Origin: an uncultured Thiomicrospira sp.
GTDB lineage: Bacteria > Pseudomonadota > Gammaproteobacteria > CAKMZV01
Assembly (NCBI GenBank): GCA_965195345.1
Contig: OZ239628.1
Coordinates: forward strand, 928,001 to 992,000
Reading direction: 5' to 3'
Length of the DNA: 64,000 nt
The number at the start of each line of letters is the position of its first letter. The stretch's first letter is position 1. Positions 50,588-61,710 of this stretch are shown here, piece after piece. The notes below the pieces were generated by a model. That model was not told where the DNA came from, did not search any database, and saw only the letters and a program-made list of their open reading frames with translations. Made by a program: the position numbers and the translations under genes.

Positions 50588-51216
50588 ATGCCTTTTTCTT
50601 TATATTCACAAAATGGTCTCGCAACGCATTGGGTGCATTTTGGTGAGCGGGCAGTGCATGTATAACGCCCGTGAAGGATAAGTAAATGATGTATGTCAAT
50701 TAAGTATTTTTTTGGCACCACTTTATACAAACGCTCTTCTACTTCACGAGGCGTTTTCCCTGGTGCTAATTTTGTACGATTGCTTACTCTAAAAATATGC
50801 GTATCTACAGCAATGACTGGTTCAGAAAAAAAGGTATTTAGGACAACATTGGCCGTTTTTCTCCCAACACCAGGTAAAGCTTCAAGTGCCTTACGGTTTT
50901 GAGGTAGTTCTCCCAAATATTCATCGACGAGTATCTTGCATGTGGCTAGGATATTTTTTGCTTTGGTGTTGAATAAACCGATTGATTTTATATGTTTTTT
51001 AATGCCTTCTTGGCCAAGTGAAATCATTTTTTTAGGAGTGTCTGCCTGCGCAAAAAGTCCTGAGGTTGCTTTATTAACGCTGACGTCTGTTGCTTGTGCT
51101 GAGAGTACTACTGCAATTAACAACTCAAACGATGAAGAAAAATTTAACTCAGTGGTGGGCTCGGGAATATGCTGTGCGAGCGCATCAATAAATGCTTCTC
51201 GTTTACCTTGATTCAT
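50584..51216 (-). CDS. nth: endonuclease III
   Basis: [29 protein letters not shown]-x6-C-x2-C-x5-C; start at the ATGA overlap with rsxE. Confidence 0.96.
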   Translation of the reverse strand: MNQGKREAFIDALAQHIPEPTTELNFSSSFELLIAVVLSAQATDVSVNKATSGLFAQADTPKKMISLGQEGIKKHIKSIGLFNTKAKNILATCKILVDEYLGELPQNRKALEALPGVGRKTANVVLNTFFSEPVIAVDTHIFRVSNRTKLAPGKTPREVEERLYKVVPKKYLIDIHHLLILHGRYTCTARSPKCTQCVARPFCEYKEKGI

Positions 51217-51842
51217 CGTTTGATAAAATTGAAAAGGGCAATCATTAATCCGAGCAAAATGAATGCACCTGGCGGAAATGACGCTAAAAGCAAAAGATTC
51301 TGATTCTGTAAGCCTACATGCCAATCGACTCCTGAACCGAAAAGCAAATGCATGTCTGCAAATATTCCTCCCGTCGCTATGAGTTCACGCAAACACCCCA
51401 AAATGGTTAGTACAATGAAAAAGCCACTGCCCATAGAAAAACCATCAAGTATGCTTGGTAGTATTCTATTTTTGCTTGCAAAAGCTTCAGCGCGACCAAG
51501 AATAGCACAGTTAGTAACGATCAAAGGAACAAAAACCCCGAGACTTAAATATATTTCATACCACCATGCGTTTAATATCAATTCGATAATCGTAACAAGA
51601 CTTGCTATGAGTGCAACAAACGCAGGTATACGAACCTCTTTGGAAATCAAAGGGCGAAATAATGATACTAGAAAGTTAGAGGCAGTTATCACAAATAATG
51701 TTGCAAGTCCAAGTGCCATAGCATTTACTGCACTATTACTCACGGCAAGAAGAGGGCAAAGTCCCAGTAAAGCAACGAGAGCTTGGTTACTATGCCAGAG
51801 ACCTTCAGTGAATTGTGCTTTTGCTTGAGTTAAAGAAATCAT
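51213..51842 (-). CDS. rsxE: Rnf/Rsx complex subunit E
   Basis: [31 protein letters not shown]. Confidence 0.95.
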   Translation of the reverse strand: MISLTQAKAQFTEGLWHSNQALVALLGLCPLLAVSNSAVNAMALGLATLFVITASNFLVSLFRPLISKEVRIPAFVALIASLVTIIELILNAWWYEIYLSLGVFVPLIVTNCAILGRAEAFASKNRILPSILDGFSMGSGFFIVLTILGCLRELIATGGIFADMHLLFGSGVDWHVGLQNQNLLLLASFPPGAFILLGLMIALFNFIKR

Positions 51843-51882
51843 GGATGCTATGGAGTAGCCGTTTGCGTAGTAATTATGTCCA

Positions 51883-52445
51883 TTATTTATTACAATTTGG
51901 AGCAATTGTACGGTTGTTTAAAGCGATTAAGTGTTTTTTAAGAGCATCAATAACCGCTTTAGAGGTTACTGATGCTGCGGATAATTGTTGGAAATCACCT
52001 TTGTGTTTGCGTATTGCCCACTTGTCAATAGCTGGGTTTTTAATGATTTTAGACTAAATTGATCAATCCATGTACTTTTGCGATTTTCAATACGATCACC
52101 TAATCCAGGTGTTTCGGAGTGGCTAATCACTCGTACTGCTTTAATTTGACCGTCTTTTGTTCCGACCAGTAAACTAATTTTATCGGCATAGGCTCTATCA
52201 GAGACTACTTTATGAATTTCACCTTGCACTTTTTTATTTTCACAAACAAGCCATATAGAGTCACTTATTTGTTGCATTTTTTGCGCGCTTGCTAGAGGAT
52301 ATATTTCAGCTAAAAGGGCGTCTTTGTGTTTTTGTTGAGCCTCTAAAATAGGTTCTTTTGTTTGATTAATCGTAAATGTCAGTAACAAAGCGCAGATGGC
52401 AAAAATAATAACTAAAAAAAATGCTGCATTTTTCATTTTAAACAT
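51883..52445 (-). pseudogene. rsxG: Rnf/Rsx subunit G, frameshifted (real lesion or assembly error)
   Basis: H.ETPGLGD.IE..KS.WI.QF in the first frame; the C-terminus (KWAIRKHKGDFQQLSAASVTSKAVI) continues in another frame after the A5 run at 52037-52041, stop at 51883. Confidence 0.85.
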
Positions 52446-52455
52446 ATCATCTTTT

Positions 52456-53409
52456 TCACGTACCGTATATACGTGGAATGGTGTAGCGATCAATAAGTGG
52501 TGTTGATAAGTTGGCAATAAGAATAGCAAAAGCAACTGCATCTGGGTAATTGCCCCAAGTGCGGAGTATAAATATTAGTGCTCCAATTATAAAGCCAAAA
52601 ATCAGTTTGCCAATTTTTGATGTTGCGCAACTCACAGGATCAGTTGCAATAATAAAGGCACAGATCATAGTAGCTCCAAAGAAAAGATGGTCCAATGGAT
52701 TAGTGTTCGATCCAAATAAAAGCGTAAAAATTAATAGTGTTGCTATTACAGAAAATGGGATATGCCAACTAATGACTCGTAATGCAATAAGGAGCATACC
52801 GCCAGCAATAAATAAGAGGTTTAATAAATACCAGAAATTAAGAAAGAATGCCTTCGATACACCCCCATTTCCAATATTATTTCGGAGTATATCCAAAGGC
52901 GTTGCTGCGCTCATACTTATACTCTGTTGGGATGTAATAAAAGCATTTAATGCCTGCATCCACGTTTGTTGACTAAGCAGTGCAGGGTCGGGCCACAAAC
53001 TGAGTTCTAAAGGAAAGGAGACTAGAATAATAGCGTAACCGACCATGGCAGGATTAAAGGGGTTATAACCAATGCCGCCAAATAAATGTTTGCCAATCGT
53101 TAGTGAGGAGATAACAGCGATGATACCAATCCACCAAGGCGCATTAGGCGGTAAGGAAAAAACAATAATGAGTGCAGTGATTAGAAAGCTCAAATCTTTC
53201 AAATAGTATTTTGTTGATTTATTTCTAACGCGTAACATAACGGCTTCTGTAAGCGCGGCTGTTGCAATAATTAGCACTGTTTGATACAGCACAAACCAAC
53301 CAAAGCTAAATAGCCAAAAAAACCAAGCAGGCAACATAGCACAGACAACTAAAAACATTGTTTTGGTTACAGAGCTTTGATTATGAATAAAAGGAGCGCT
53401 ATTTTGCAT
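52456..53409 (-). CDS. rsxD: Rnf/Rsx complex subunit D
   Basis: K.LFGG.G.NPFNPAM.G, SAATPL, ATDPV, YPDAVAFA.L.AN. Confidence 0.95.
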   Translation of the reverse strand: MQNSAPFIHNQSSVTKTMFLVVCAMLPAWFFWLFSFGWFVLYQTVLIIATAALTEAVMLRVRNKSTKYYLKDLSFLITALIIVFSLPPNAPWWIGIIAVISSLTIGKHLFGGIGYNPFNPAMVGYAIILVSFPLELSLWPDPALLSQQTWMQALNAFITSQQSISMSAATPLDILRNNIGNGGVSKAFFLNFWYLLNLLFIAGGMLLIALRVISWHIPFSVIATLLIFTLLFGSNTNPLDHLFFGATMICAFIIATDPVSCATSKIGKLIFGFIIGALIFILRTWGNYPDAVAFAILIANLSTPLIDRYTIPRIYGT

Positions 53410-54925
53410 TTTTTTGAGCCTTTTCTTTTTGTTTGCGAGCGGCTTCCTTTGCTCTTTCTATTGCTGACTGATTGGGCTTTGTAATGCCTTTGCTTTGCAA
53501 TAATGACCGAGCAATTTTTTTCTTTTCTTCGATTTTTTTTAGTCGCTCAGTTTCAATTTTAGCCAGCCGATCTTCACGCGTATCAAATCGTGCTTTTGCA
53601 TGTTCAACACGCTCCTTCACTAAGCGATTTTGGTGAATTCTTTGTTTGGCTATTTGGTAAGTTTCGACTAATGAAATGTGACTGGGACAAACATATTCAC
53701 AACATCCGCATTCGATGCAATCGAATAATCCATGTTGAACCAGTTTCTCTTCGATTTCTGCCTCACGAAAATAAAATAATTGTTGCGGCAATAATCCTAC
53801 TGGACATACTTGATCGCATGCGCCACAACGAATGCAGGGGCGAGAGTCTATCTCGGAATCGTTGTTTAACTTAAAAATAGCGTGTGTGGTATGCTCTATA
53901 GGCATCAATGCATTAGCTATTTTACGCCCCATCATTAATCCACCAAAAAGAATATCGTTTGGATTAAATGATTGATCAATTGATGCTAAAAATTCTTTTA
54001 AAGGAGTGCCTAAAGGAACTCGACAATTTAAAACGTGCTGCGTAGTCATATCAACAAAACTTAACATACGCCATTGAATGGGAGCGCTGTTTGCAAACAA
54101 GTTATATACTGAAAAACATGTGGAAACGTTAAAGGTAACGCGATTTAAATCAGAAATATGTTTGCCTTTAGGAATCTCATCATTAAAAATAACTTTGTTG
54201 ATGGACTTTTCACTACCTAAGGGGTAAATGTTTGAAAAGAAAGTGAGGATCGTTTGTTTTATTAGAGGAGTAGATGCCACTTTAATAGACTCTTGCAATG
54301 CTTTTCTTGCTTCACTTGCATCCTCTTCTAAAGCTATATGCAATTGATTGGCATCAACTGCTAATGCTAGTATGTTTAAACCAACCAAACACTCGTATGG
54401 GTAGAGTCTCAATAACACATCATCGCAACCCACTAAAGGTTCACATTCAATCGCATTCATGATGACAGAGTCAACTTTTTTAGACAATTTTAAGTGCGTG
54501 GGGTAACCCGCTCCGCCCATCCCCACTAATCCAGACTCATAAATACGGTTTTTGATGGTGTCTTTATCAATAGTATTAATATTTAATTTTGTATTGACGT
54601 TTTGAGTTAGTTGTTGCTTTTCTGCCAAATGAAATACAACAAAACGATCGTTATTGATTTCAAATACTTTTCCGATTATTCCTGCAAAAGGAGCAACTAC
54701 GGGAGCCATTTTTTGCAATGGGTCAAATTGTATTAATTGACCAGATTCAGCAGGCTGACCTTCATCAAGGCAACGAATGGAAGCAATATTATTATGTAAG
54801 CGTAAGTGGATAAATTTTGGTGGAGGTATGTTTTTAACTTTTCCTTCAAAATACGCATCCAATTCAAAAGACAAACCTTGACTAATTGAATTTTTCCATT
54901 GGTTAAAGTGGCGAAAAAAGCGCAT
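53399..54925 (-). CDS. rsxC: Rnf/Rsx complex subunit C
   Basis: G.VGMGGAG.PT..K, N..ECEP...D, YP.GSEK, GG.MMG, CIRCG.C..VCP, CIECG.C.YVCP. Confidence 0.95.
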   Translation of the reverse strand: MRFFRHFNQWKNSISQGLSFELDAYFEGKVKNIPPPKFIHLRLHNNIASIRCLDEGQPAESGQLIQFDPLQKMAPVVAPFAGIIGKVFEINNDRFVVFHLAEKQQLTQNVNTKLNINTIDKDTIKNRIYESGLVGMGGAGYPTHLKLSKKVDSVIMNAIECEPLVGCDDVLLRLYPYECLVGLNILALAVDANQLHIALEEDASEARKALQESIKVASTPLIKQTILTFFSNIYPLGSEKSINKVIFNDEIPKGKHISDLNRVTFNVSTCFSVYNLFANSAPIQWRMLSFVDMTTQHVLNCRVPLGTPLKEFLASIDQSFNPNDILFGGLMMGRKIANALMPIEHTTHAIFKLNNDSEIDSRPCIRCGACDQVCPVGLLPQQLFYFREAEIEEKLVQHGLFDCIECGCCEYVCPSHISLVETYQIAKQRIHQNRLVKERVEHAKARFDTREDRLAKIETERLKKIEEKKKIARSLLQSKGITKPNQSAIERAKEAARKQKEKAQKNAK

Positions 54926-54930
54926 AGATA

Positions 54931-55431
54931 TTAATTTTTTTTCAATCGTTCAACTAAAGGAATCATATCAATACAGTCAACTGGACAGACAGGAATGCAG
55001 AGTTCACAGCCTGTACACTCTTGCTTGATTACGGTGTGCATTTGTTTTGTTGCTCCCAGTATTGCATCAACTGGACACGCTTTAATACATAGTACGCAAC
55101 CAATGCATCTGGCTTCGTCAATAATTGCTACTTGCTCCGGTTTTTTTTCTGTAGCTAGAGGAATAGGTTCACGACCGAGCAATTCTGCTAATGCAATAAC
55201 AGTTTTCCCCCCACCGGGAGGGCATAAGTTAATGTCTGCCTCTCCTTCACTAATCGCTTTAGCGTAAGGGCGGCATCCTGGATAGTTGCATTGACCACAT
55301 TGCGTTTGTGGCAATAAAGCATCTATTTGATCAATTAATGGGTCATCGTCGCGATAAAATCGTTTAGAAATTAAATAAAGTGCCAATGCTAGAAAAAATC
55401 CTAATAACACTAAAAATATAAAAGTTGTCAT
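54931..55431 (-). CDS. rsxB: Rnf/Rsx complex subunit B
   Basis: [20 protein letters not shown], two ferredoxin motifs. Confidence 0.95.
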   Translation of the reverse strand: MTTFIFLVLLGFFLALALYLISKRFYRDDDPLIDQIDALLPQTQCGQCNYPGCRPYAKAISEGEADINLCPPGGGKTVIALAELLGREPIPLATEKKPEQVAIIDEARCIGCVLCIKACPVDAILGATKQMHTVIKQECTGCELCIPVCPVDCIDMIPLVERLKKN

Positions 55432-55453
55432 TTGGTATAAATTTATATGAGAA

Positions 55454-56038
55454 TCATGCAATTCCTGCAAAGCCCATAAAAGCAATTGACATTATTCCTG
55501 CGATAATAAAAGCGATTGGTGCTCCTCTAAAAGATTGCGGTATATCTGCTAACTCTACGCGCTCTCGTATCCCTGAAAAAAGCATTAAAACAATAGAAAA
55601 ACCTAATGCAGCGCCAAGCCCATATATAGCTGCTTCTAAAAGTGTTTCGGTGGATGCAGTATTGAGCAATGCTACACCAAGAACAGCACAATTTGTTGTT
55701 ATAAGCGGTAGATAAATACCTAACATTTGATACAAGGCGGGTTGCAATCGATACATGATTATTTCAGTACTCGCAACCATTGATGCAATGATTACAATAA
55801 AACTGATAGTTTTCAAATATTCAATCTCTAATGGGACGAGTAGGTATTTGAAAACGAGATAGCTTGCGCATGAGGAAAGTGTTAATACAAAGCCAGTAGC
55901 AAGACTCATACCCAATGCCATCTCAGGTTTGCGTGATGCGCCCATGAATGGACACAAGCCAAGAAACTGAGTTAATACGTAATTATTAACAAAAACAGTA
56001 CTAATGAGAATTAATGCAAATTGGTTAAATGGTTCCAT
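55454..56038 (-). CDS. rsxA: Rnf/Rsx complex subunit A
   Basis: [31 protein letters not shown]. Confidence 0.96.
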   Translation of the reverse strand: MEPFNQFALILISTVFVNNYVLTQFLGLCPFMGASRKPEMALGMSLATGFVLTLSSCASYLVFKYLLVPLEIEYLKTISFIVIIASMVASTEIIMYRLQPALYQMLGIYLPLITTNCAVLGVALLNTASTETLLEAAIYGLGAALGFSIVLMLFSGIRERVELADIPQSFRGAPIAFIIAGIMSIAFMGFAGIA

Positions 56039-56044
56039 GAGTAA

Positions 56045-58084
56045 TCAACTTATTTTTAGACCAGCATATGCATCGTCTTTATCTGGTTTTAATAACCATA
56101 GGCTTTTTTTATCCGCAGCTGTCAAAACCATTCCTTCTGAAGTGCCAAAGCGCATTTTTCGCGGCTGTAGATTGGCAACATAGACGGTATAAGTACCAAG
56201 TATAGACTCGGGATCGTACCATTTCTTTATTCCAGAAAAGACGGTTTTTTGACCTAATTCGCCAACGTCAAGGGTAAGTTGGAGTAGCTTATCTGAATCT
56301 TCAACGGCTTTTGCTTGAATTATTTTAGCCAATCTCAAGTCTAGCTTAGAGAAATCTTCAATCCCGATAAGCTTTTTGTCATCCATTTTTTTATCAAGAT
56401 GTGAATTGTAACTAGTATTGACTGGTTTAACGCTCTGCTTACTATCATTGATAATACGCTGTATAGATATTTCTTCAATCCTTGAAAGAAGAGGGGTGAA
56501 TTCATTTATTTTGTGATTTTCTTCTAAATGATTTTCAATATTCGAAAAAGTAAGATTTTTAACATTCAAAAATGATTCAGCTCTGGATGTAAGGCAGGGC
56601 AATATGGGTTTTAAATAGATCATTAGGAAATAAAATAGATGAATACCCATGCTGCAACTTTCATGCAGTTTTCCCACATTTTCGGGTGATTTGGCTAGTT
56701 CCCACGGTTTGTGTGTGTCAATATATTGATTGGTTTTATCGGCAAGGAGCATGATGGTTTTTATGGCACTGGCAGTATCATTTCTTTCATAACACTGTTC
56801 GATGGTATCACGCGATTTTTGGAATGCCGAAATCAACTCTAAATCTATTGCATTGGTCAGCTTTCCTTCAAAGCGTTTATTAATGAATCCAGCACAACGG
56901 CTAGCGATATTAACCACTTTGCCTATTAAATCAGCATTAACTTTGGTAATCAGGTCTTCCAAATTTAAGTCAATATCCTCAACCTTCCCATTGAGTTTGG
57001 ATGCAAAATAGTATCGTAAATATTCGGGGTCAAGGTGCTTCAAATAGGTTTTTGCCTGTATAAATGTTCCTCTCGACTTTGACATTTTTTTGCCATTGAT
57101 GGTTAAAAATCCATGCGCATGTATTTTAGTAGGGAGGCGGTAGCCTGCGCCATGCAACATAGCAGGCCAAAATAACGCGTGGAAATAGACAATATCTTTG
57201 CCAATAAAATGATGAAGCTCGGTTGTGCTTTTTTCGCCCCACCAGTGTGAGAAGTCAAGCCCTTTTTCATCACATAACTTTTTAAAACTTGCCATATACC
57301 CAATAGGAGCATCTAACCAAACATAAAAGAATTTTTGTCCATTCGTCTCAGGTATTGCAAATCCAAAGTAGGGGGCGTCGCGTGTTATATCCCAAGGACG
57401 CAATCCAGAATTAAACCATTCATTCAATTTATTCGAAATTTCACGTTGTAGATGATCGTTAGACGTGGTCCAATTTTGCAAGAATTTACTAAATTTGGGC
57501 AAATCAAAGAAATAATGCGAAGATGGACGCATGATTGGTTTTTCTCCTGACACGGCTGACACGGGATCAATCAATTCACTGGAGTCGTAAGTTGAAGAGC
57601 AAACTTCGCAATTATCACCGTATTGATTTTGAGCCTTGCATTTAGGGCAAGTTCCTTTTATATAACGATCTGGGAGGAATAAATTTTCTTTTTCATCATA
57701 AGCCTGATCTATGTCACGCTGATCAATGTAACCTGCCTTCTTCAGAGTAAGAAAAATCGATTCTGAAAAAGTTTGATTTTCTTTTGAGTGTGTACTGTGA
57801 TAGCAGTCGAAATCGATATTAAAAGCAGCAAAGTCTTGTTGATGATCTAAGGATACTTCCTTGATCAATTCTTCTGGTGAAACATTAAGATCCTTCGCTT
57901 TGAGCATAATGGCAGTGCCATGTGCATCATCGGCACAAACATAATAGCAAGAATTATTGTTAAGTTTTTGAAATCGCACCCAAATATCTGTTTGTATATA
58001 TTCGACCAAGTGCCCCAAATGAATTTGACCGTTAGCGTAAGGCAATGCGCTTGTTACTAGAATTTCTCTTTTTTTCTTAGCCAT
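56045..58084 (-). CDS. metG: methionine--tRNA ligase
   Basis: LPYANG..HLGH, Zn knuckle CPKC..CEVC, YVWLDAPIGY, KMSKS, C-terminal tRNA-binding domain. Confidence 0.98.
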   Translation of the reverse strand: MAKKKREILVTSALPYANGQIHLGHLVEYIQTDIWVRFQKLNNNSCYYVCADDAHGTAIMLKAKDLNVSPEELIKEVSLDHQQDFAAFNIDFDCYHSTHSKENQTFSESIFLTLKKAGYIDQRDIDQAYDEKENLFLPDRYIKGTCPKCKAQNQYGDNCEVCSSTYDSSELIDPVSAVSGEKPIMRPSSHYFFDLPKFSKFLQNWTTSNDHLQREISNKLNEWFNSGLRPWDITRDAPYFGFAIPETNGQKFFYVWLDAPIGYMASFKKLCDEKGLDFSHWWGEKSTTELHHFIGKDIVYFHALFWPAMLHGAGYRLPTKIHAHGFLTINGKKMSKSRGTFIQAKTYLKHLDPEYLRYYFASKLNGKVEDIDLNLEDLITKVNADLIGKVVNIASRCAGFINKRFEGKLTNAIDLELISAFQKSRDTIEQCYERNDTASAIKTIMLLADKTNQYIDTHKPWELAKSPENVGKLHESCSMGIHLFYFLMIYLKPILPCLTSRAESFLNVKNLTFSNIENHLEENHKINEFTPLLSRIEEISIQRIINDSKQSVKPVNTSYNSHLDKKMDDKKLIGIEDFSKLDLRLAKIIQAKAVEDSDKLLQLTLDVGELGQKTVFSGIKKWYDPESILGTYTVYVANLQPRKMRFGTSEGMVLTAADKKSLWLLKPDKDDAYAGLKIS

Positions 58085-58263
58085 AATATACACTTAGATG
58101 ATATTTATTTCGTTGTTGAATGCCTGATTAGATATTTTCTTTTGCATTAAAATGCTTGGATATTTAACACTACGACTTTCACTCTAATTATAGTCTATTA
58201 AAGGATTACAATGCCCTTACTATCTGTATTGTTTGTTAATATGCCCCTGTTATTATTTAAGGC

Positions 58264-58690
58264 ATGAGAAAACTTGAATTGTGAGAGTTTCTATCATTTT
58301 CTAGGAATGCGTTTTGCGTAATGCTGTTGTTAGTATCTTGTAAAAGCTTTGCTGGAAATACAGACAACGAATCTTGCTAGAGATGGAGTGAGTTCTTTAG
58401 ATTACACACTACTCAATGCAGAATTCGTTACCGATGCAGGTTTCTTGATAGGTTTTGGATATGGCATTGGAGGAGTAGCCTCAAGAGGATTATATAATGT
58501 GGCAGGAAGGCAAGCTGCAGGTTTTAGTATAGGATATGCACAACTTGGCAAAGGAGTTCAGTATGCATTCCTCTATACTCATAGAAGATTAAGGACAAGG
58601 TTAGACGAACAATATTTCATGGCGGATACAAACGCTACGTTCGAGATTGATACTTCTGGGTATGAATTTGAGATTGGTTACGGTTTCTAA
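58264..58690 (+). pseudogene. disrupted paralogue of the adjacent outer-membrane beta-barrel gene
   Basis: Leader MRKLEL*...VMLLLVSCKSFAGN (TGA at 58282) is in a different frame from the barrel half (LDYTLLNAEFV..GF.IG.G.G ... FEIGYGF); about 50 codons are missing relative to 58847-59422. Confidence 0.7.
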
Positions 58691-58846
58691 CGTTCAATAA
58701 ATTAAACAGTGTTAGGTATTGGCTACATTCAATTACTTTAGAGTTGATAAAACGTTTCAAGCGAAGCGCTCTTAACAAATATTAACTTTCTAATGTTCTT
58801 GGTATGATAGAATATTTTTTTAATTATTTATTAATAGGAATATTTA

Positions 58847-59422
58847 ATGTCTAATGGAAAAATAATAAAAAATCTCTTTTTAAGGGGGGTGTCATTAATG
58901 TTGCTGATTTCTCCTTTTGGGGCTTATGCTGGGAACGACAATTATTCAGGATTTACTGTTGCCATAGCACCATTGTTATTAGGCAATGTTAACAGAACAA
59001 TTGAAGGAAATGGTGACTCAGAACGTCAGATAGCATCTACAGAGTCAACACCATTTTCTATTAAAGCGGGTTATAAATTTAAATATTGGCGCCTATATGC
59101 TTCGCATTCAACAAATATTTCTTCAGGGGTTGTAACAGATGTTAATTACACACTAATTAACGCTGATTATGTATCTAATGGAGGGTTTGTGGTTGGTCTT
59201 GGAGTAGGGACAGGGAATTATTCCGCCAGTGATTCAACTGGGAGTCAATCAGGTACGGCTACTTCTTTTCAGATTGGATATGGGGTTTTTGAACAGCAGA
59301 ATGCCTTTCAATGGGCTGTTTTACTTGTTGGCAGAACTTTGAGTTCAGATGTAGATAATATAAATGCTAAGCTGGAATTTGGCTTAACAGGTTTGGACTT
59401 TGAGTTAGGTTATGGGTTCTAA
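58847..59422 (+). CDS. small outer-membrane beta-barrel protein
   Basis: Signal peptide ending AYA, alternating strands, C-terminal FELGYGF Bam-type signal. Confidence 0.8.
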   Translation: MSNGKIIKNLFLRGVSLMLLISPFGAYAGNDNYSGFTVAIAPLLLGNVNRTIEGNGDSERQIASTESTPFSIKAGYKFKYWRLYASHSTNISSGVVTDVNYTLINADYVSNGGFVVGLGVGTGNYSASDSTGSQSGTATSFQIGYGVFEQQNAFQWAVLLVGRTLSSDVDNINAKLEFGLTGLDFELGYGF

Positions 59423-59565
59423 CGGTCAATAAATTAAACATTGTTGTTTATGTGCTTCACATTCAACTGATATTTCTTCAGGGGTTTGGACAGGTTTGAG
59501 TGTACGCTAACTGAATACCGATTTATGTGTTGTATGAAGGATTTTTGAAGGTTTAGGGTAGGGAT
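59423..59565 (+). pseudogene. fragmentary further copy of the beta-barrel gene
   Basis: TGCTTCACATTCAACTGATATTTCTTCAGGGGTT vs TGCTTCGCATTCAACAAATATTTCTTCAGGGGTT (from 59098); similarity continues to GTAGGGA with indels. Confidence 0.75.
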
Positions 59566-59761
59566 ATCCTCTATCCAACCAAAGGTCAGTCGCTTGTGGC
59601 TTTTAATTTTTAAGAAAATAACTCTAAACTCTTAAAGTTGAAGAGTCCAATGTGTGGAGTTACAGCAAAAAAGTTAATTCCGTCCTACGAGATTTCCAAT
59701 ACGCATATTGGGGATATAATGCATAGAAATAACACAACATGCCTTTGCGCAATAGTTAACA

Positions 59762-60472
59762 ATGATTGGTTCTGCTTTTTTTTACTTTTTTTGGTTTCTA
59801 CTTACACTCATATTCGGCACGCTTTCGTTATTTCTTTGGCCATTGTCTAGGCGAAATCGCTATGGCATCGTTAAATACTGGGCACAATCGGTTACTTTAT
59901 TGCTACGTTTTTGTTGTGGCTTATCCTATCAAATTACTGGTCAAGAGAATATGCCAAAGAATCAAGGGTATATTGTTATATCAAATCATCAGTCAGTGTG
60001 GGAAACGCTGGTTTTTCAGAAAATATTTCAATGGCCTGTTTTTCTACTAAAGCGTGAATTGTTGTGGATTCCTTTTTTTGGCTATGGTCTTGCCATGACT
60101 TGGCCAATTAAAATAGATCGCTCAAAAAGAGGAAATGCGCTAAAGACACTTTTGTTTGAAGGAAAAAAGAGATTAGAAAATGGTGCAAATGTTATCATTT
60201 TTCCTGAAGGCACTCGTATCAAGCCTGAAGAAATAGGGGAGTTCAAGTCAGGTGGAGTTCTTTTGGCGAAAAAATGCAATGTGACGATTGTTCCAGTATT
60301 TCATAATGCCGGCACTTTTTGGGGAAAGAATAGTTTTTTAAAAAAAAATGGTTGCGTATCAGTTGTTATAGGAAAACCAATTGATAGTAGTGATATTCCT
60401 GTTAGAGACTTGACAAGTCAACTACAAGACTGGATGCATGAACAACAAGACAAATTAATGAGGCAGAAATGA
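59762..60472 (+). CDS. plsC: 1-acyl-sn-glycerol-3-phosphate acyltransferase
   Basis: SNHQS.WE, KRELL.IPFFG, IDR, FPEGTR. Confidence 0.92.
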   Translation: MIGSAFFYFFWFLLTLIFGTLSLFLWPLSRRNRYGIVKYWAQSVTLLLRFCCGLSYQITGQENMPKNQGYIVISNHQSVWETLVFQKIFQWPVFLLKRELLWIPFFGYGLAMTWPIKIDRSKRGNALKTLLFEGKKRLENGANVIIFPEGTRIKPEEIGEFKSGGVLLAKKCNVTIVPVFHNAGTFWGKNSFLKKNGCVSVVIGKPIDSSDIPVRDLTSQLQDWMHEQQDKLMRQK

Positions 60473-61710
60473 TTTTTTTGAATTTCTTTATAGCGGCATT
60501 TATTATTAAAACTTTGGTTTTGATTTATTTGTCTTTCCGACAGCAAAAAGCAGTTCTACGCCACTCAAACTTTGTTCCAAAAGCTTTTGCAGATGCAGTA
60601 AGCATTGAAGAACATTGTAAGGCGGCTGAATATACAGTAGCAAAGCAAAAAATATCCAGAGTTTCCATACTACTTGATGCAGGTATATTGTCTATTTGGT
60701 TGTTATTAGGCGGCTTATCTGCATTGGAACAGTTTCTCCTCACAATGGGTCTTACGAGCAACTCGGTTTTAACGGGACTCGTTGTCATCGGATTATTCAG
60801 TCTAATTAACGTTATTATTGATATGCCTTTAACACTGTACAGTACTTTTGTTTTGGAAGAGCGGTTTGGTTTTAATCGAACTTCAGCACGAACATTTATT
60901 ACTGATATGATTAAAACCTCTTTATTGGGGATTGTTTTAGGAGGAGGTGTTCTTTTCGCAATTCTATATTTGATGGATTGGCTTAAGAACGATTTATGGT
61001 GGCTGTGGGTTTGGTCGCTTCTCGTTGGGTTGAATTTATTTATGATGATTGTTTTTCCCCGTTACATTGCCCCTTTATTTAATAAATTCACATCTATTGA
61101 AGATGGTGAGATGAAGCAAAGAATAGAGGGATTGTTGAAAAAATGCGGCTTTCAAACTGAAGCGGTTTATATTATGGATGGCTCTAAACGCTCGGCTCAC
61201 GGAAACGCTTATTTCACAGGAATAGGGAAAACCAAAAGAGTCGTTTTTTACGACACACTCATTGAAAAATTAACACCCTCACAAATTGAAGCAGTGCTTG
61301 CGCATGAGTTGGGGCATTACGCACTAAAGCATATTCCTCGTCTTATGTTTTTTGCTCTTTTAAAAGTTTTTTTAGGGCTTTGGCTGCTTGACACTCTTTT
61401 GAAGGCTGATTGGTTTTACAGTGCATTTGAGTTGACGCAGACGAACTACAATGCGTTGTTGTTGTTTGTTTTGGTATTGCCCGCGTTTACTTTTTTCATT
61501 CAACCCATTTCAAACTTATTAAATAGAAAGTTTGAATTTGAAGCCGATGCCTATGCAGTTGAACGAACCAATGGTGAAGATTTGCGTAGTTCTTTACTCA
61601 AACTATATGCTGATAATGCCGCCACCTTAACACCCGATGTACTCTATACAATGTGGCACGATTCTCACCCACCTGCATCGCAACGTATTCCTCGTTTGCT
61701 TGATAGGTGA
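60469..61710 (+). CDS. M48 (Ste24-like) membrane zinc metalloprotease
   Basis: E.RFGFN, PLFNKF, DGSKRS.H.NAYF.G, HELGH, E.EAD, SHPP. Confidence 0.93.
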   Translation: MIFLNFFIAAFIIKTLVLIYLSFRQQKAVLRHSNFVPKAFADAVSIEEHCKAAEYTVAKQKISRVSILLDAGILSIWLLLGGLSALEQFLLTMGLTSNSVLTGLVVIGLFSLINVIIDMPLTLYSTFVLEERFGFNRTSARTFITDMIKTSLLGIVLGGGVLFAILYLMDWLKNDLWWLWVWSLLVGLNLFMMIVFPRYIAPLFNKFTSIEDGEMKQRIEGLLKKCGFQTEAVYIMDGSKRSAHGNAYFTGIGKTKRVVFYDTLIEKLTPSQIEAVLAHELGHYALKHIPRLMFFALLKVFLGLWLLDTLLKADWFYSAFELTQTNYNALLLFVLVLPAFTFFIQPISNLLNRKFEFEADAYAVERTNGEDLRSSLLKLYADNAATLTPDVLYTMWHDSHPPASQRIPRLLDR

